A DNA stretch of 64,000 nt, from NCBI GenBank assembly GCA_026770705.1, contig JANJGN010000038.1, positions 2,914,001-2,978,000 of the forward strand, in the 5' to 3' direction. How positions within the stretch are numbered: position 1 is the first letter of the stretch; each line of letters begins with the position of its first letter. Both the position numbers and the translations under genes were made by a program. The notes beneath the pieces were generated by a model. It was not told where the DNA came from and did not search any database. It saw only the letters and a list, made by a program, of their open reading frames with translations. This document shows positions 50,541-63,406 of this stretch, piece after piece. This stretch comes from Isurus oxyrinchus (lineage: Eukaryota).

Positions 50541-52439
50541 TATATAAGAGAAATACTCCATTGTTTCTTTCCCACAAACTGATAACAAATTAGTGCCGTG
50601 CTGGCCCAGCACTAAGCGGCCTGCAGGGCATTGATTCTGCCTTTTCACTGCCGCAATCTCTTCCAAACCCTCACATGCCGCATAGCACCAAAAGTACATT
50701 TTAGGCAAGTCACCAAACACCTTTTACTACAACCTCTGGAACCGTTTCGCTACATGCCAGCACCAGTACATACATCAGCAATTATTGTGGAGTATACAGT
50801 TTTGTAAATAAAACATTATGCAGCTCGAGAGAAAGCATCTTGTATGATAGCATATAAAGGAAATATATCAAACTATCTGTAATCTTTCAGCCTTGCTCAA
50901 CTCGCAGCCTGCGTATTGTGGTCCATGAAGCCCCTCAAGGTGGTCTCTAGAGCTAGAGTTCAAGGCGCTGGTAAGGCAGTTAGGTGGATTTGAAGACTTC
51001 TGCAAAGTGGTGCTCCTTCAATAAAATAAACGTGCACTGTTCACTGTTCTATTACAGTGCACTTCGCTTGGGTGGTGGGGGTGGGGGGTGGCGGGGGAGG
51101 GTGGGGAGGTGGGTGGCAGGCTTTTGGTGAGAGAATAGTTGTCTCACACATGGAAAGACCCAATGTCCAGTCTCCCAAATCTGTGGGTCTGAGTTGTGTT
51201 TTGTGTTAATGTTTCTCTGCAGTTTTTTGCAGACCCCTTCTGCTCTGCCTGGCTTTTCAATCTGTTGCTGTTAATGGGGAATTTAGCCTGGATCAGGTTC
51301 ACTGACCTTCATCAGCAGGTGAAAAAACATGTTGAGCTCTGGTAACAATTAGTCAGAGGCAGAGAATTACCCAGGAGTGTGTCGCCTGTGATGTCTGGGC
51401 GGGGGTAGGGGGCGGGGGGAAGTGGGAGGCGATGTGAGCAAGTGTGTTCAGCACCTGATTCATGTTAAGATCCCGATAGAGACCAATATCTTTAAAGATG
51501 AGATGGATTTCCCAGTGATAATGTTTCACATTTCAAACCACTTACCGTGACAAGCAAGCTAATGTAGGCATCTACTAAGCACTGCTTAATTGCCAACTAA
51601 TCCAAGTAACTAAATGCAAAGCTGCTTTGCCATTAACTGATTAATACAACGAAATAAATATTACCATGCTCCCAACCTGTATATAGCCATGAATATTCAA
51701 TTCCAAACTGCCCCCATATTTTCAGCAGGCTCACGTTTCACTGGGATGTCTTCTGGTGTCCTTTCAATGCCTTTGTTCCCAGTGTTCTTAGTTACCCAGG
51801 ATCGAATTCCAGCAGTGAGACCCACACCGGGAACTATTTGTTCCTTATATCTCCACAAATGGCATCACCTCGAAAAGCAGAATGAATCTCTACCAGCATC
51901 CTGCATAATGGCTGACCCATAACACACTTGACCTCGGACTTGAACAGCAGCAGCCGCTATTTCAGTCTCCCTCTCCTTGTCTTTCAGCTGTACGTACAAC
52001 TTTAACCCCCCCCCCCCCGCCCCCCCCAGCCTAATAAATGTCCTCTCCTGCCAAGGTGTTAAACATTTGATTTGATTCTTCGCAGGTTCTGGGTAAAAGA
52101 AGCAGTTTAAAATATTCCCTTCTTAGTAACTGTCACAATCGTCAAATTCTGAGGCACACCACCGAAGGGGAATTTTGTGAATTCCCTGTGAGATGCCATG
52201 GATTCAGTCGACAACTGTAATCAGACCTAGGCACTGGGAAGTTAATGATATATTTGTTTGGTGCAGCGTGTTCAGTGTGAGAACATGAGCTGTTCATTGG
52301 TTGGGATAGTTTCTGATATCAGATATTGTGGGTACAATATCAAGTCAGAGCCTAGGAGTCGTGAGATGAGTAACTCACCTTCTGACCGCCCCCGACCCCC
52401 ACCATTCCACCCCACCCCCCAAAAAGCTTGCCAAACATC

Positions 52440-52965
52440 TACGAGGCACAGGGCAATGTGATTGAATGCTCTCCACTTGCCTGGTTGAGTGCAGGTCCAA
52501 CAACACTTAAGAAGCTTGACACCATCCAAGACAACTCAGACCGCATGATTGGTACCACATACACAAACATTCAATCACTCCACCACCAAAGCACAGTAGC
52601 AGCAGTGTGTACCATCTATAAGATGCACTGCAGAACTTCACCAAGGCTCATTCGACAGTACCTTCCAAACTCACGGCCACTACCATCTAGATGGATAAGG
52701 GCAGCAGATAGATGGGAACACCACTACCTGTAAATTCCTCTCCAGGCCACTCACCGTCTTGACTTGGGAGTATTTCACTATTCCTTCACTGTCAATGGGT
52801 CAGAATCCTGGAACCCCCTCCCTTAAAGCACTGTGGGTGTACCTATACCACATGGACTGCAGCGGTTCAAGAAGGCAGCTCACCATCACCTTCTCAAGGG
52901 CAACTATAGATGGGCAATAAATGCTGGCCCAGGCAGCGAATTCCACATTCCATGAATGAATTTTT
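52440..52965 (+). mobile_element. CR1/L2-like LINE 3' end
   Basis: IYEAQGNVIECSPLAWLSAGPTTLKKLDTIQD...; the inverse homolog of 38400-39000; ends catgaatgaat. Confidence 0.8.
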
Positions 52966-52999
52966 AAAAAGTCGTAAGAAGGGTGACATGGTATTCTGC

Positions 53000-54400
53000 T
53001 TCATACAGGCAGTACTACAGGGCTAACTGTGTTTGCTGGCGATTTCCCACATTGTTCCAATCATAATGGCCAGCTGCAAATATGCATTGCATTTCCTGTT
53101 CTTTGTTTAACCTGTGATCGGCCACCATGCAGGTAAGACCTCTAATATGTCACCCTTTCTGCTCCTTCAATTCCTAGTTGTGTGCGACAGGAAGTACCAG
53201 GGGAGATATGATTGCCAACAAAATGCATGGGCACCAGCATTACTTTCAAAGACAGCATCTCCGAGGAAACAGCAAGGGATAGCGACACTGTAGACTTGGC
53301 AGAGGGCGGAGAAATGGGTCCACCTCGACTTATTGATGGCTGCCAGTTTGCAGACCCTCAAAGGCAATTTCTGTTCTTTCGCGGCACTACCGGGACGTTG
53401 GCCAAGCGGGCAAACATGGGGATAAGTGTGGAAGTGGGCAGTAATGCAGTGCTGAACGAGGGGCAATGATGGGAAGCAAGGAAACTGCAGCATACAGTAT
53501 TGAGGTGGCAGCTTCGAATGAGAATTCAGATGAAGGATCTGCACATCTGGTCAGAATCATTGTTGCCTGTGTAATGCTGCTATCCTCTCTGTGCAACACA
53601 ATGGTGAAGCAGTGACCACCCCTGTACAAAGGGTACTTAATTGCCACATGCAGAAGCCATGCTTGTGGAGCAATTACTTACAGATTGCTGCCACACCCAT
53701 AGCCATGAGGCAGGCTTTTGATGGACGAACAACAATGTAAATTATTCTCTTGCAGGCTGAGGCCCAACACAATACAAAGGAAAGGAAAGAACTGGAGGTA
53801 GCAGACACGCATGGCCAGCATCATGCCTGTGAATGAAGAGGATTTGGATATGTGAGGCATGAAGGCAAAGTGGAACATCTTTAATGATGACACGGAGGTG
53901 GATCGCCAAGAGAGTGAATGCATGAAAACATCGGCGCAAGAGATCCTCTGCAGAGAACAAAACATGAAGTGCACATGTCACCCATTAGTCAGAAGGGGTT
54001 CCAGATCTTGACTAGTCAGACGGACTTGTTGCCCTCTCATTGCTGCTATCTCTTGCAGGTTTTGAACAACAGCAGCCAGATCGGCGTCTGCAGGAAGATC
54101 CCGCATCTGAAGACGAGAAAAAATTTTCTTAGAGTGTAAGTCACGTCTTTTCTCCTTTGTATGCTGTGCAGGTGGATCCACGTCGGTGCATGATCGCATA
54201 GAAGCAGTCAGAGTGTCACAGTTTGGAAAGCACATCAGAGGTGTGAAGGAGTAGGTGCCAATTATGCCCAGAAGACATGTTAGGGCCGGGGCGTTGCTTC
54301 GATTCAGCATGCTCAAGTACATCTGGAGACATCACCGAGGTGGCAGATACTGAAGCAGCTGTGGGTGGTGCGTAATCATCAGGCACAGCTTCAAGACGCT
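53000..54400 (+). mobile_element. Possible highly decayed PIF/Harbinger DNA transposon remnant
   Basis: Only weak motifs: VRIIVACVML near 53550 and an acidic stretch followed by GARDPLQR near 53930, reminiscent of the HARBI1-type C-terminus. Confidence 0.3.
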
Positions 54401-54834
54401 ATGCCCTCCAATGCGAGGGCAATGGAGGAATACCTAGGCTGTGCATAGAGCCAGGACTCTGACTTGGGAAGGATATTTACTGATGCCAAATGTTTGCTGG
54501 CCTTTCCAGGGAGGGTGGCATCCCTTGGAAGAATAATATAAATCTCGTGCTTGCATGAGCCACTTGGTGCTAAGCCCAAAATGTATTCTGGCTTCAGGCG
54601 CCCTCAAGGTTGCTGGGAATGCCTGTCAGGGCCCGACAGGCAAGAACTTGTGATACTCCAGCAAGACAGTTTCCAGTGCAGATTTGTGTGCAGATTCAAG
54701 GTTCTTAATACATTTCAATAGTTCTGGTAAGGGTCTACAAACGAGTGCAACTTGTAAGGGAGGCCATGTGGGCCACGAACTAGAAATTTAAATGTTGGAG
54801 TTTAATGCAGAATTCATGTTGCATTTTCGACATT

Positions 54835-55738
54835 TCAAAAATTAAACATTTTAACAAATAGGCTCAGTGGATATTTCACCCCATTCTTAAACTTGCCTCT
54901 GAATTTACTCTGGGTCCCAGCATAAATGAACGGGTTGATGCTGGAACTCAAATACTGAAGCATATATCCAGTTTCTTCCAGGTTAAATGTCGATCCATTG
55001 AAATCAGAACCTGAGAAATAAATTACCTTTGCAATCTGGACGTAGAGGATCGTAACAAAAAATAACAAATATAACAGGATGAAACTGCCCGAGATGGCGA
55101 AAAGCAAAACCATTGACTTTCTCCGATTCTCCACCTCCGGGTCACTCTGATTCTCTCCATTGCTCTGGGCCCAGAGTCTCCTGCGGGCTCTATTGGACAG
55201 TAAAATGTGTCTGACGGTCAGAGCATTGAGTAGTAAAATAAGAATGAATGGAAGACAGGGCATTAAAATAGAACGAATTAAATCATATGCAGCCCAAGCA
55301 GATGACGTATAAAACATTAATTTTAGGACACAGAACCAGGGCACATTGTTAATTATGTACATAGGTTCGTACACAAAATGCAAGAAAGTGTTTTTACGCA
55401 GGTTAGTGTGCACACAGTTCCGATCACCCACACCGCTATCTCCTCAGTACAATATTTTATTTTCAGCTTGTGGCAACAAATGGCCATAAATCGATCAAAG
55501 GTGAAAGCAACGGTTAACCAGACAGCACTGTCTATGGCTATGTAAATTAGGACAATGCGGAGGCTGCATATTGGTGTGATGGGCAGGAAACTGGATGGGA
55601 AATAGATCCCAGAAATCCAGTTTAATATCATAGCTGTGACCATGACCATGAGATCTTTCACCGCCATAGACACCAGGTAGCAGGTGACACATTTAGAGAG
55701 ACCACATCTTCTTCGAGACAGGATTACAATCAGGTTAG
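54835..55738 (-). pseudogene. GPR139/GPR142-like GPCR, exon 2, frameshifted
   Basis: Acceptor ttacAG at 55740-39. ANLIVILSRRRCGLSKC...AFTFDRFMAICC (DRY-like) ... frame change near 55391-95 ... PCLPFILILLLNALTVRHIL...SINPFIYAGTQSKFR (NPxxY), stop at 54837-35. Two overlapping ORFs (55353-55673 and 54835-55431) together complete the 7TM fold. Confidence 0.88.
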
Positions 55739-57794
55739 CTGTAATATATAGAGAAAAAAAAAGTGCGTGTGTGACAGTGATAAACCTGGAAAGTTACTGC
55801 TTGGTTTCCAACAAAAACATCCATGTAACAGGAGTTGGTGTGATATTTATACATCAGAGGTGTGATAGTGAGTTGCAAAGTACTATTTGCACTAGAATCA
55901 ATTGAAATAATCATTCGAGTTAAAACAGATAGGTGGGCTGACTGTAATGGAATGCACAATAATATAATGAGAACCAATAGAGAAACAAGCAACTGCTCTG
56001 ATGAAAAGCCATTCAGCCTCGAAATATTAACTCTATTTCTCTTTCCAAAGATGCTGCCAGGCCTGTTGAGATTTGTTAGCATTCTCTGTTTTATTTGAGA
56101 AATAAGTAATCATCGAAACACAACAAAACCAGCACAAGAATAACGAATGCGTAAGAAAATAACACACTGGCAAATAAATACGTGGACAAAAAAGGACAAC
56201 CAACAACAGTTGTGGAAACGAATAATACATCGAACCACAACTCACGGATGGTCAACAGTTGTCACATCCAATGAATTACTCTAAAACTGATCCTTTGGAT
56301 AAAAGGAGACAGGCAACGTGATCAAAAATAAAATCAACCTCAGAAGAGAGACCGAACAATCAGCGTTTCTCTGACTTTGCAGAGGATATGATAGGTATAC
56401 ACAGAGCTAAGCATGGCTTTTTCTGTTAATAATCACCCAGAATCTTCTGGTGCGATTCAAACCACTGAGAGTGGGAGAGAATGAGGTCCCATTTGCAACA
56501 AAAAGACACTCCTACAATGTAGCACTTCCTGAGGGTTGCACTGGACCATCGATGAAAAATGATTATTTTTGGGCTTTCGTGGCTACTTGGACTCAAATCT
56601 CTGTGCCTGAGATGAGAACGATGTGACCAGTTTGTGTCCTAAGTCAGTCTGGCCGTGACAATGAAGATGGGAATGTTCCGGGATATTGCCTGCTGCTCGG
56701 AGCAGAAGGGTTTCCCAGATTCAGCACTCATAAATGTACAGCCACTAGCAGGAGCTAATGCGGAAGAAGAGTGCAGGGCTGAAGCAGCGAATGTTAGAAA
56801 CTGAGAACCAAAAACACTGCTTTGTGCGACTGAGACAAATTCAATCATTCATCAAAGTTCTATTTTTACATTACGTGTATATTTATCAATACATCGAACA
56901 CTAATAAGCTATTGCAGAATATATAAATTAATTAAATTCAATGAGAAATTGCTAAATGGGACAATTATTTCAATAATATCTCACTTCTGCTAATTACACC
57001 CATCATTGTCAATCCCAATATGTGTCGAGTTGCATAGTGACTGTAATATGATAATTCAATCAAATTAACAGTGGCAATAACTAAATAGATGAACATGGAC
57101 ATTGTGACAACAGTGTGATAATTCTCTCGAAGTGAAGGCGTGAATAAAACAGGAGTGCATATACACTGTGTTAACAGACTGAAAATATACCCAGGGTACC
57201 CTTCCAAGTGACACAATAAAACTGCATTTGCACCATTTTGACATTGCGGTCATTTACCCATAACAGCATTGTTAACAGAACAATGACATTATTAACAGCA
57301 CATTTTACATCGTGACAACATTAGGAGAAGGCACGTAAAGTAATACTGCCAGCAACACAGCTGAAGTACAATGACATCGTAAGATGATGATGGTAAATGG
57401 GATGAACTGTATAATTAAACCGATTAAATGGGTCCAGCCTTAGGAAGTCAGCATATAATTAAGGAAGAGAAGTTTTAAAGTGAATGATCGATGCGAGCAA
57501 AGAGGAAAGCATCACATTGCTAAGAGAGAGATACTTAACCATCAATTTCGAGTAACTGTGTCAATAAAAGAAATCGCACCGTTAACATGGAGGAATGATA
57601 CAGTTGTAGATGAAAAATGGTGGAGAACTGGTGTCAGCTAATGTAATGAATTTATATCAATCAGTGTGAAAATTATTTCCCATTAGATGGGAGAACGGAT
57701 TTCAGGACCGTGTAGACACCCTACTGTTAAAATTGAAGGAATAATGCATCTAAACAATGATTCACAAAACTATGAAATAACAACAAACTTTTAC

Positions 57795-57864
57795 CCGGAA
57801 TCCCGATAGCAGCAAGGACGGGATAGTAAATGGCAAACAACAGGCTTTTTGGTGAGACGTGCAT
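57795..57864 (-). pseudogene. GPR139/GPR142-like rhodopsin-family GPCR, exon 1 (MHVSPKSLLFAIYYPVLAAIGIP)
   Basis: ATG at 57864, 70-nt exon, phase-1 donor G|GTAAAA, TATAAA at 57922-57917. It joins exon 2 to give the TM1 motif GIPANL. Confidence 0.85.
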
Positions 57865-58639
57865 TCCGATTAGGAACTCTGAGCAAGTTCTACCTTACAT
57901 TGTAAGAAATCTCACCTTTATACCTAATCGCAGTCTCCAGGGAAATAATTAGATGGTTTGATCTACCTAAAAATTTATTACCTTTTTTTGTAATAAACAG
58001 ATTAATGCAGCTGCTTCTCGGCTGTTAATGTGTTGATCAATTCAATTTTTTTTCATGGAATCTGACTAGGCTCTGAACTAAAATGCCAAGAGGCTACAGC
58101 ATGATTCCAGCTGCAAGTTTTTCTAAACAAAAAACGGACTGGACATTTTGCATCCGAGTCAAAGCAGCCATGTTTGCGAATGACCACGCTGTCTGCAAAT
58201 TTGCCTTCTTCATTGGCTGACACGAAGATTTCAACCTTAGGTTGTTGTAGGGCCCACGGAGTAAAACATTGACGTAGACCAGCAGAGGGCCGAATTCATG
58301 GCGAAATCGCGCCCTCTTAAGTGGTAACGAACCCCAGACATGTGTCTTGCGGTCACTATTCAGCTCAAAAGCAGTTGCGTCTTTTATTATAACCTTAAAT
58401 ACATCTAAACACAATAAAGGTATTTTTCAAGATTCTGCAATTGGTTTACACATTTCAAAATATTTTGAAAAGTGTTTGCATGCTTTTAAACATTAAATCA
58501 TGCGGACGGGAAGACACCCTAAGCTCCAACCTGCGCCCTGACAATTGTTTATAAAGAGATCTCGGCAGCAAACTTGTACAGGGCCTCCCGAATCGCCTTG
58601 CGAGATTGTATGTTCATGTTCTTGATTAACTTTGAATGT

Positions 58640-60093
58640 TTTAAGGAGAACGTTTTATATTGCCTACAGATAATTTTGCATTAATTGCATTGGAAGGCAT
58701 GAACAATGGAGTATTGGAGCAGTTGTAGACCATTCCAGCCCGGGAAATGTCCATTGACCATTACTCTCTGCTGCTTATTGTTCACCCAATTTTGATTCCA
58801 TTTTGCAATGTCTCCATTATTATATGAGCAGTTAATTTTCTCACAATTCTGAATTTTAGCAGTGTATCGAATGATTTTTGAAAGTCCATGTACACCACAT
58901 CAAGGGCATTACCCCCATCGACCTTTTCTGCTACCTCTTCAAACAACTCCACAAGTTAGTTAAATACGATTTCCCCTTAAGAACTCGATGCTGACTGTTC
59001 CTTATCAACCCATACTTTTCCAGGCAGCTGCTAATTCTACCCCGAATATTTGATTCTACAATCTTGCCCACCACCATGTTGAACTGACAGGCCTTTATTC
59101 GCTGGGTTTACCCTTACAACCATTTTTGAATAATGTTTGCAATTCCCCAGTCTTTCTCACACCACCAGCCCCCGCGCCCGCCCCCTCCCCCCCCACCCAA
59201 CACCGCCACCCCCCACCACAGCCCTCTGCCCCCCACCCCCTGATTCAAGTGAAGACTGAAAATTTATGGTCAGTGCCCCTGCAGTTTCCAATCTCGCTTC
59301 GTTCAATATCCTTGGACGCACCTCATTGTGTCCTGGCACCTTGACAGCTTTAAGTATCGACATTCTATGCAGCACTTCCCTTATCAGTTAGAACACTTCA
59401 AGTGGCAGCGTTTCCTTTTCTGTCACCAAGGCCTTGATAGCTTCTAACAGCTGGGTCAAGACGAATGCAAATTGTTCACATAATACCTCAGACATGTGTA
59501 AATTCCTTTTTCGCTCGCAAATCGGTCCAACACCTCCGTTTATACCCTTTCACTATGTTCAGGCCCAGAGAAGACTTAGTGACTCCCCTTTGTGTTGGCT
59601 GCCAGCCTTTTCTGGTAACCCCTCTTCGTTTTTCTACTCTGTTTTTTTCACCTCCCCCCTGAATCTCCTCTATTCCTGTTGTTTCTCAATTGTCTGTTCG
59701 ACCTATCATAAGCATATATTTTCTACTTGAACGTAAATGTTATCTCTTTATACATCTAGGGAGCTCTGGGTTTGTTCGTTTCACCTTTCCCTTTCATTGG
59801 GATACACCTTGACTGTGCGTGAACCAATTATTTTTTGAAGTTAAATCATTGTTCCACTCTAGTTTCTTCTTTCCCCGTCAATCTTTCCTTCCAGCCTCTC
59901 TGGCACAGCTCCCTAAATGCCCCATCGAAGGCGGCTAAATATTCTTACTCCGGATTGTCTGTCATCATTTTCTTTCATCATCCTAAAATTTACAATACAA
60001 TGATCACTGTCTCCTAAGCGTTCCCCCACTGACACTGGATCTACTTGGCCCACCTCATTTCCAGGAAACAGGTCCAACAGTGCTTCTTTTCTT
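58640..60093 (-). mobile_element. CR1 LINE, 3' part of the host interrupted by the Penelope element
   Basis: RKEALLDLFPGNEVGQVDPVSVGERLGDSDHCIVNF (APE endonuclease C-terminal SDH motif), followed by decayed RT-like sequence. Confidence 0.85.
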
Positions 60094-63000
60094 AACAAAA
60101 ACAAAATTACCTGGAAAAACTCAGCAGGTCTGGCAGCATCAGCGGAGAAGAAAAGATTTGACGTTTCGAGTCCTCATGACCCTTCGACAGAACTTGAGTG
60201 AGTCCACGAAAGGGGCGAAATATAAACTGGTTTAAGGTGTGTTGGGGGGGGGGGGGGGTGTGTGGTTTGGGTGGGGGAAGAGAGAGAGAAGTGGAGCTCG
60301 TTGGTGTGGTTGTAGGGACAAACAGGCAATAATAGAAGCAGATCATCAAAAGGTGTCACAAACAACAGAACAAAAGAACACATAGGTGTTAATGTTGGTG
60401 ATATTATCTAAACGAATGTGCTAATTAAGAAAGGATGGTAGGGCACTCAAGGTATAGCTCTAGTGGGGGTGGGGGTGTATAAAAGATTTAAAAATATTTA
60501 AAAATAATGGAAATAGGTTGGAAAAGAAAAATCTATATAATTTATTGGAAAAAACAAAAGCAAGGGGGAAACAAAAAGGGGGTGGGGATGGGGGAGGGAG
60601 CTCACGACCTAAAGTTGTTGAATTCAATATTCAGTCCGGAAGGCTGCAAAGTGCCTTGTCGGAAGATGAGGTGTTGTTCCTCCAGTTTGCGTTGGGCTTC
60701 ACTGGAACAATGCAGCAAGCCAAGGGCAGACATGTGGGCAAGAGAGCAGGGTGGAGTGTTAAAATGGCAAGCGACAGGGAAGTTTGGGTCATTCTTGCGG
60801 ACAGTCTACAGGTGTTCTGCAAAGCGGTCGCCCAGTTTACGTTTGGTCTCTCCAATGTAGAGGAGACCACATTGGGAGCAACGAATGCAGTCGACTAAGT
60901 TGGGGGAAATGCAAGTGAAATGCTGCTTCACTTGAAAGGAGTGTTTGAGCCCTTGGACGGTGAGGAGAGAGTAAGTGAAGGGGCAGGTGTTGCATCTTTT
61001 GCGTGGGCACAGGGTGGTGCCATAGGAGGGGGATGAGGAGTAGGGGGTGATGGAGGAGTGGACCAGGGTGTCCCGGAGGGAATGATACATGCGGAATGCC
61101 GATGGGGGGGTGAAGTGAAAATGTGTTTGGTGGTGGTATCATGCTGGAGTTGGTGGAAATGGCAGAGGATGATCCTTTGAATGCGGAGGCTGGTGGGGTG
61201 ATAGGTGAGGACAAGGGGGACCCTATCATGTTTCTGGGAGGGAGGAGAATGCGTGAGGGCAGATATGTGGGAAATGGGCCGGGCAGGGTTGAGGGCCCTG
61301 TCAACGAACATGGTGAAAAACGTCGGTTAAGGAAGAAGGAGGACTTGTCAGAGAAACTGTTTTTGAAGGTAGCATCATCAGAACAGATGCGACGGAGGTG
61401 AAGGAACTGAGAGAATTGGATGGAGTCCTAACAGGAAGCTGGGTGTGAGGAGCGATAGTCGAGGTAGCTGTGGGTGTCGGTGGGTTTGTAATGGATATTG
61501 GTGGACAGTCTATCACCAGAGATTGAGACAGAGAGGTCAAGGAAGGGAAGGGAAGTGTCAGAGATGGACCACGTGAAAATGATGGAGGGATGGAGGTTGG
61601 AAGCAAAATTAATAAATTTTTCCAAGTCTCAACGAGAGCATGAAGCAGCACCGAAGTAATCATCGATGTACCAGAGAAAGAGTTGTGGAAGGGGGCTGAA
61701 GTAGGACTGGAACAAGGAATGTTCCACATACCCCATAAAGAGACAGGCATAGCTGGGGCCCATGTGGGTACCCATAGCCACACCTTTTATTTAGAAGAAG
61801 TGAGAGGAGTTGAAGGAGAAATTGTTCAGTGTGAGAACAAGTTCAGCCAGACGGAGGAGAGTAGTGGTGGATGGGGATTGTTTGGGCCTCTGTTCAAAGA
61901 AGAAGCTAAGGGCCCTCAGACCATCCTGGTGGGGGATGGAGGTGTAGAGGGATTGGACGTCCATGGTGAAGAGGAAGCAGTTGGAGCCAGGGAACAGGAA
62001 ATTGTTGATGTGACGTAAGGTGTCAGAGGAATCACGGATGTATGTGGGAGGGGACTGGACAGGGGGAGAGAGAAGGGAGTCAAGATAACGAGAAATGAGT
62101 TCTGTGGGGCAGGAGCAAGCTGACATGATCAGTCTACCGGGGCAGTTCTGTTTGTGGATTTTGGGTAGGAGATAGAAGTGGGCCATCCGAGGTTGGGCGA
62201 TTATCAGGTTGCAAGCTGTGGGTGGAAGATTCCCAGAGGAGATGAGGTCAGTGACAGTCCTGGAAACAATGATTTGATGTTCAGTGGCGGGGTCATGGTG
62301 CAGGGAGAGGTAGGAGGAAGTGTCTGCGAGTTGACGCTCAGCCTCTGCAAGGTAGAGGTCAGTGCACCAGACAACAACAGCACCACCCTTGTCAGCGGGT
62401 TTGATGACAATGTCAGGGTTGGACCTGAGAGAACGGAGTGCAGTCAGTTGAGAGAGAGAGAGATGAGAATCAGTGAGAAGAGCAGAGAAATTGGGATGAC
62501 TCATGTCGCACCGACAGTTCTCAATGAAAAGATCAAGAGAAGGTAAGAATCCAAAGGGAGGGGTCCAGTTGGAGGGACAATATTGGAGGTGGGTGAAAGG
62601 ATCCATTGAACTGGGAGAGTACCTCTGCCCAAAGATGTGAGCCCAGAGACGAAGACGGCGGACGAAGAGTTCAGCATCATGCCAAGCCCGAAATTCATTG
62701 AGGTGAGGGCGTAAGGGTATGAAACTAAGTCTTTTGCTGAGCACTGAACGTTCAGCATCGGAGAGGGGAAGGTCAGGGGGTATAGTGAATACACGGCTGG
62801 AGCTGGGATTAGAAGATGGGGTGGGGTCGGAGGGACAGGCAGGGGTGGAGGGTCCTAGATGGGTGTTGGTGTCGATGAGTTGTTGGAGCTTGCATTCCTT
62901 AGCACTTGAGAGAAAGAGAAAAAGTTTCTTGTTGAGGCGTCGGATGAGCCGAACAGTAAAATGAAACTGGGGGCATGCGCAGCTTTGAAAAAGGGTACGG

Positions 63001-63406
63001 CGGTGCTGCTGGAGGGAGAGGTCGAGTGTGTTCATATGGTGGCGCATGGCACTGAGTGTGGATCTCAGAATGTGACGGGAACAGCAGTCCGAGAAACGTT
63101 TTATGTCCCGGAGATACCGGTAATCCTGGGTGGGTTCGAAACATGAGGGGTGGAATTTCAATTGAAATCCACGTGGGGTAAGTCGGAGATGGAGACAGTC
63201 ACTGAGAAAGGAGATATGGCTGTGAAAGCGGCTTTTAGTAAACACCTTGTCAAACACCAGGAGAGAAATGGAAAGCAATGAATGTGAGCAAGGCAAAAGA
63301 GAGATACAGAAATCTTGTCGCAGAGATGGACAGAACTTCTTCAAGGAGGTAGGCATTTCTTGAAGAGCAGTGGCAGTCAATTAAACACAGAGATAAAAAC
63401 AAAAAA
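60094..63406 (-). mobile_element. Penelope-like retroelement (RT + GIY-YIG endonuclease), near full length, inactivated
   Basis: ORF 61791-63380 has IKPADKGGAVV, FYLLPKIHK and TMDVQSLYTSIP. It continues past stops with GVAMGT..GP and YIDD, and ends in the GIY-YIG region CIRCSQCGLLYIGETKRKLGDRFAEH. A 15-bp TSD AGTGCTTCTTTTCTT lies at 60079-93 and 63407-21. Confidence 0.92.

Noticed and set aside
17700-54800. Additional V, D or J segments upstream of the cluster
   Set aside because: No second Ig-V ORF or J motif seen in the ORF track or by eye; short decayed pieces could have been missed.
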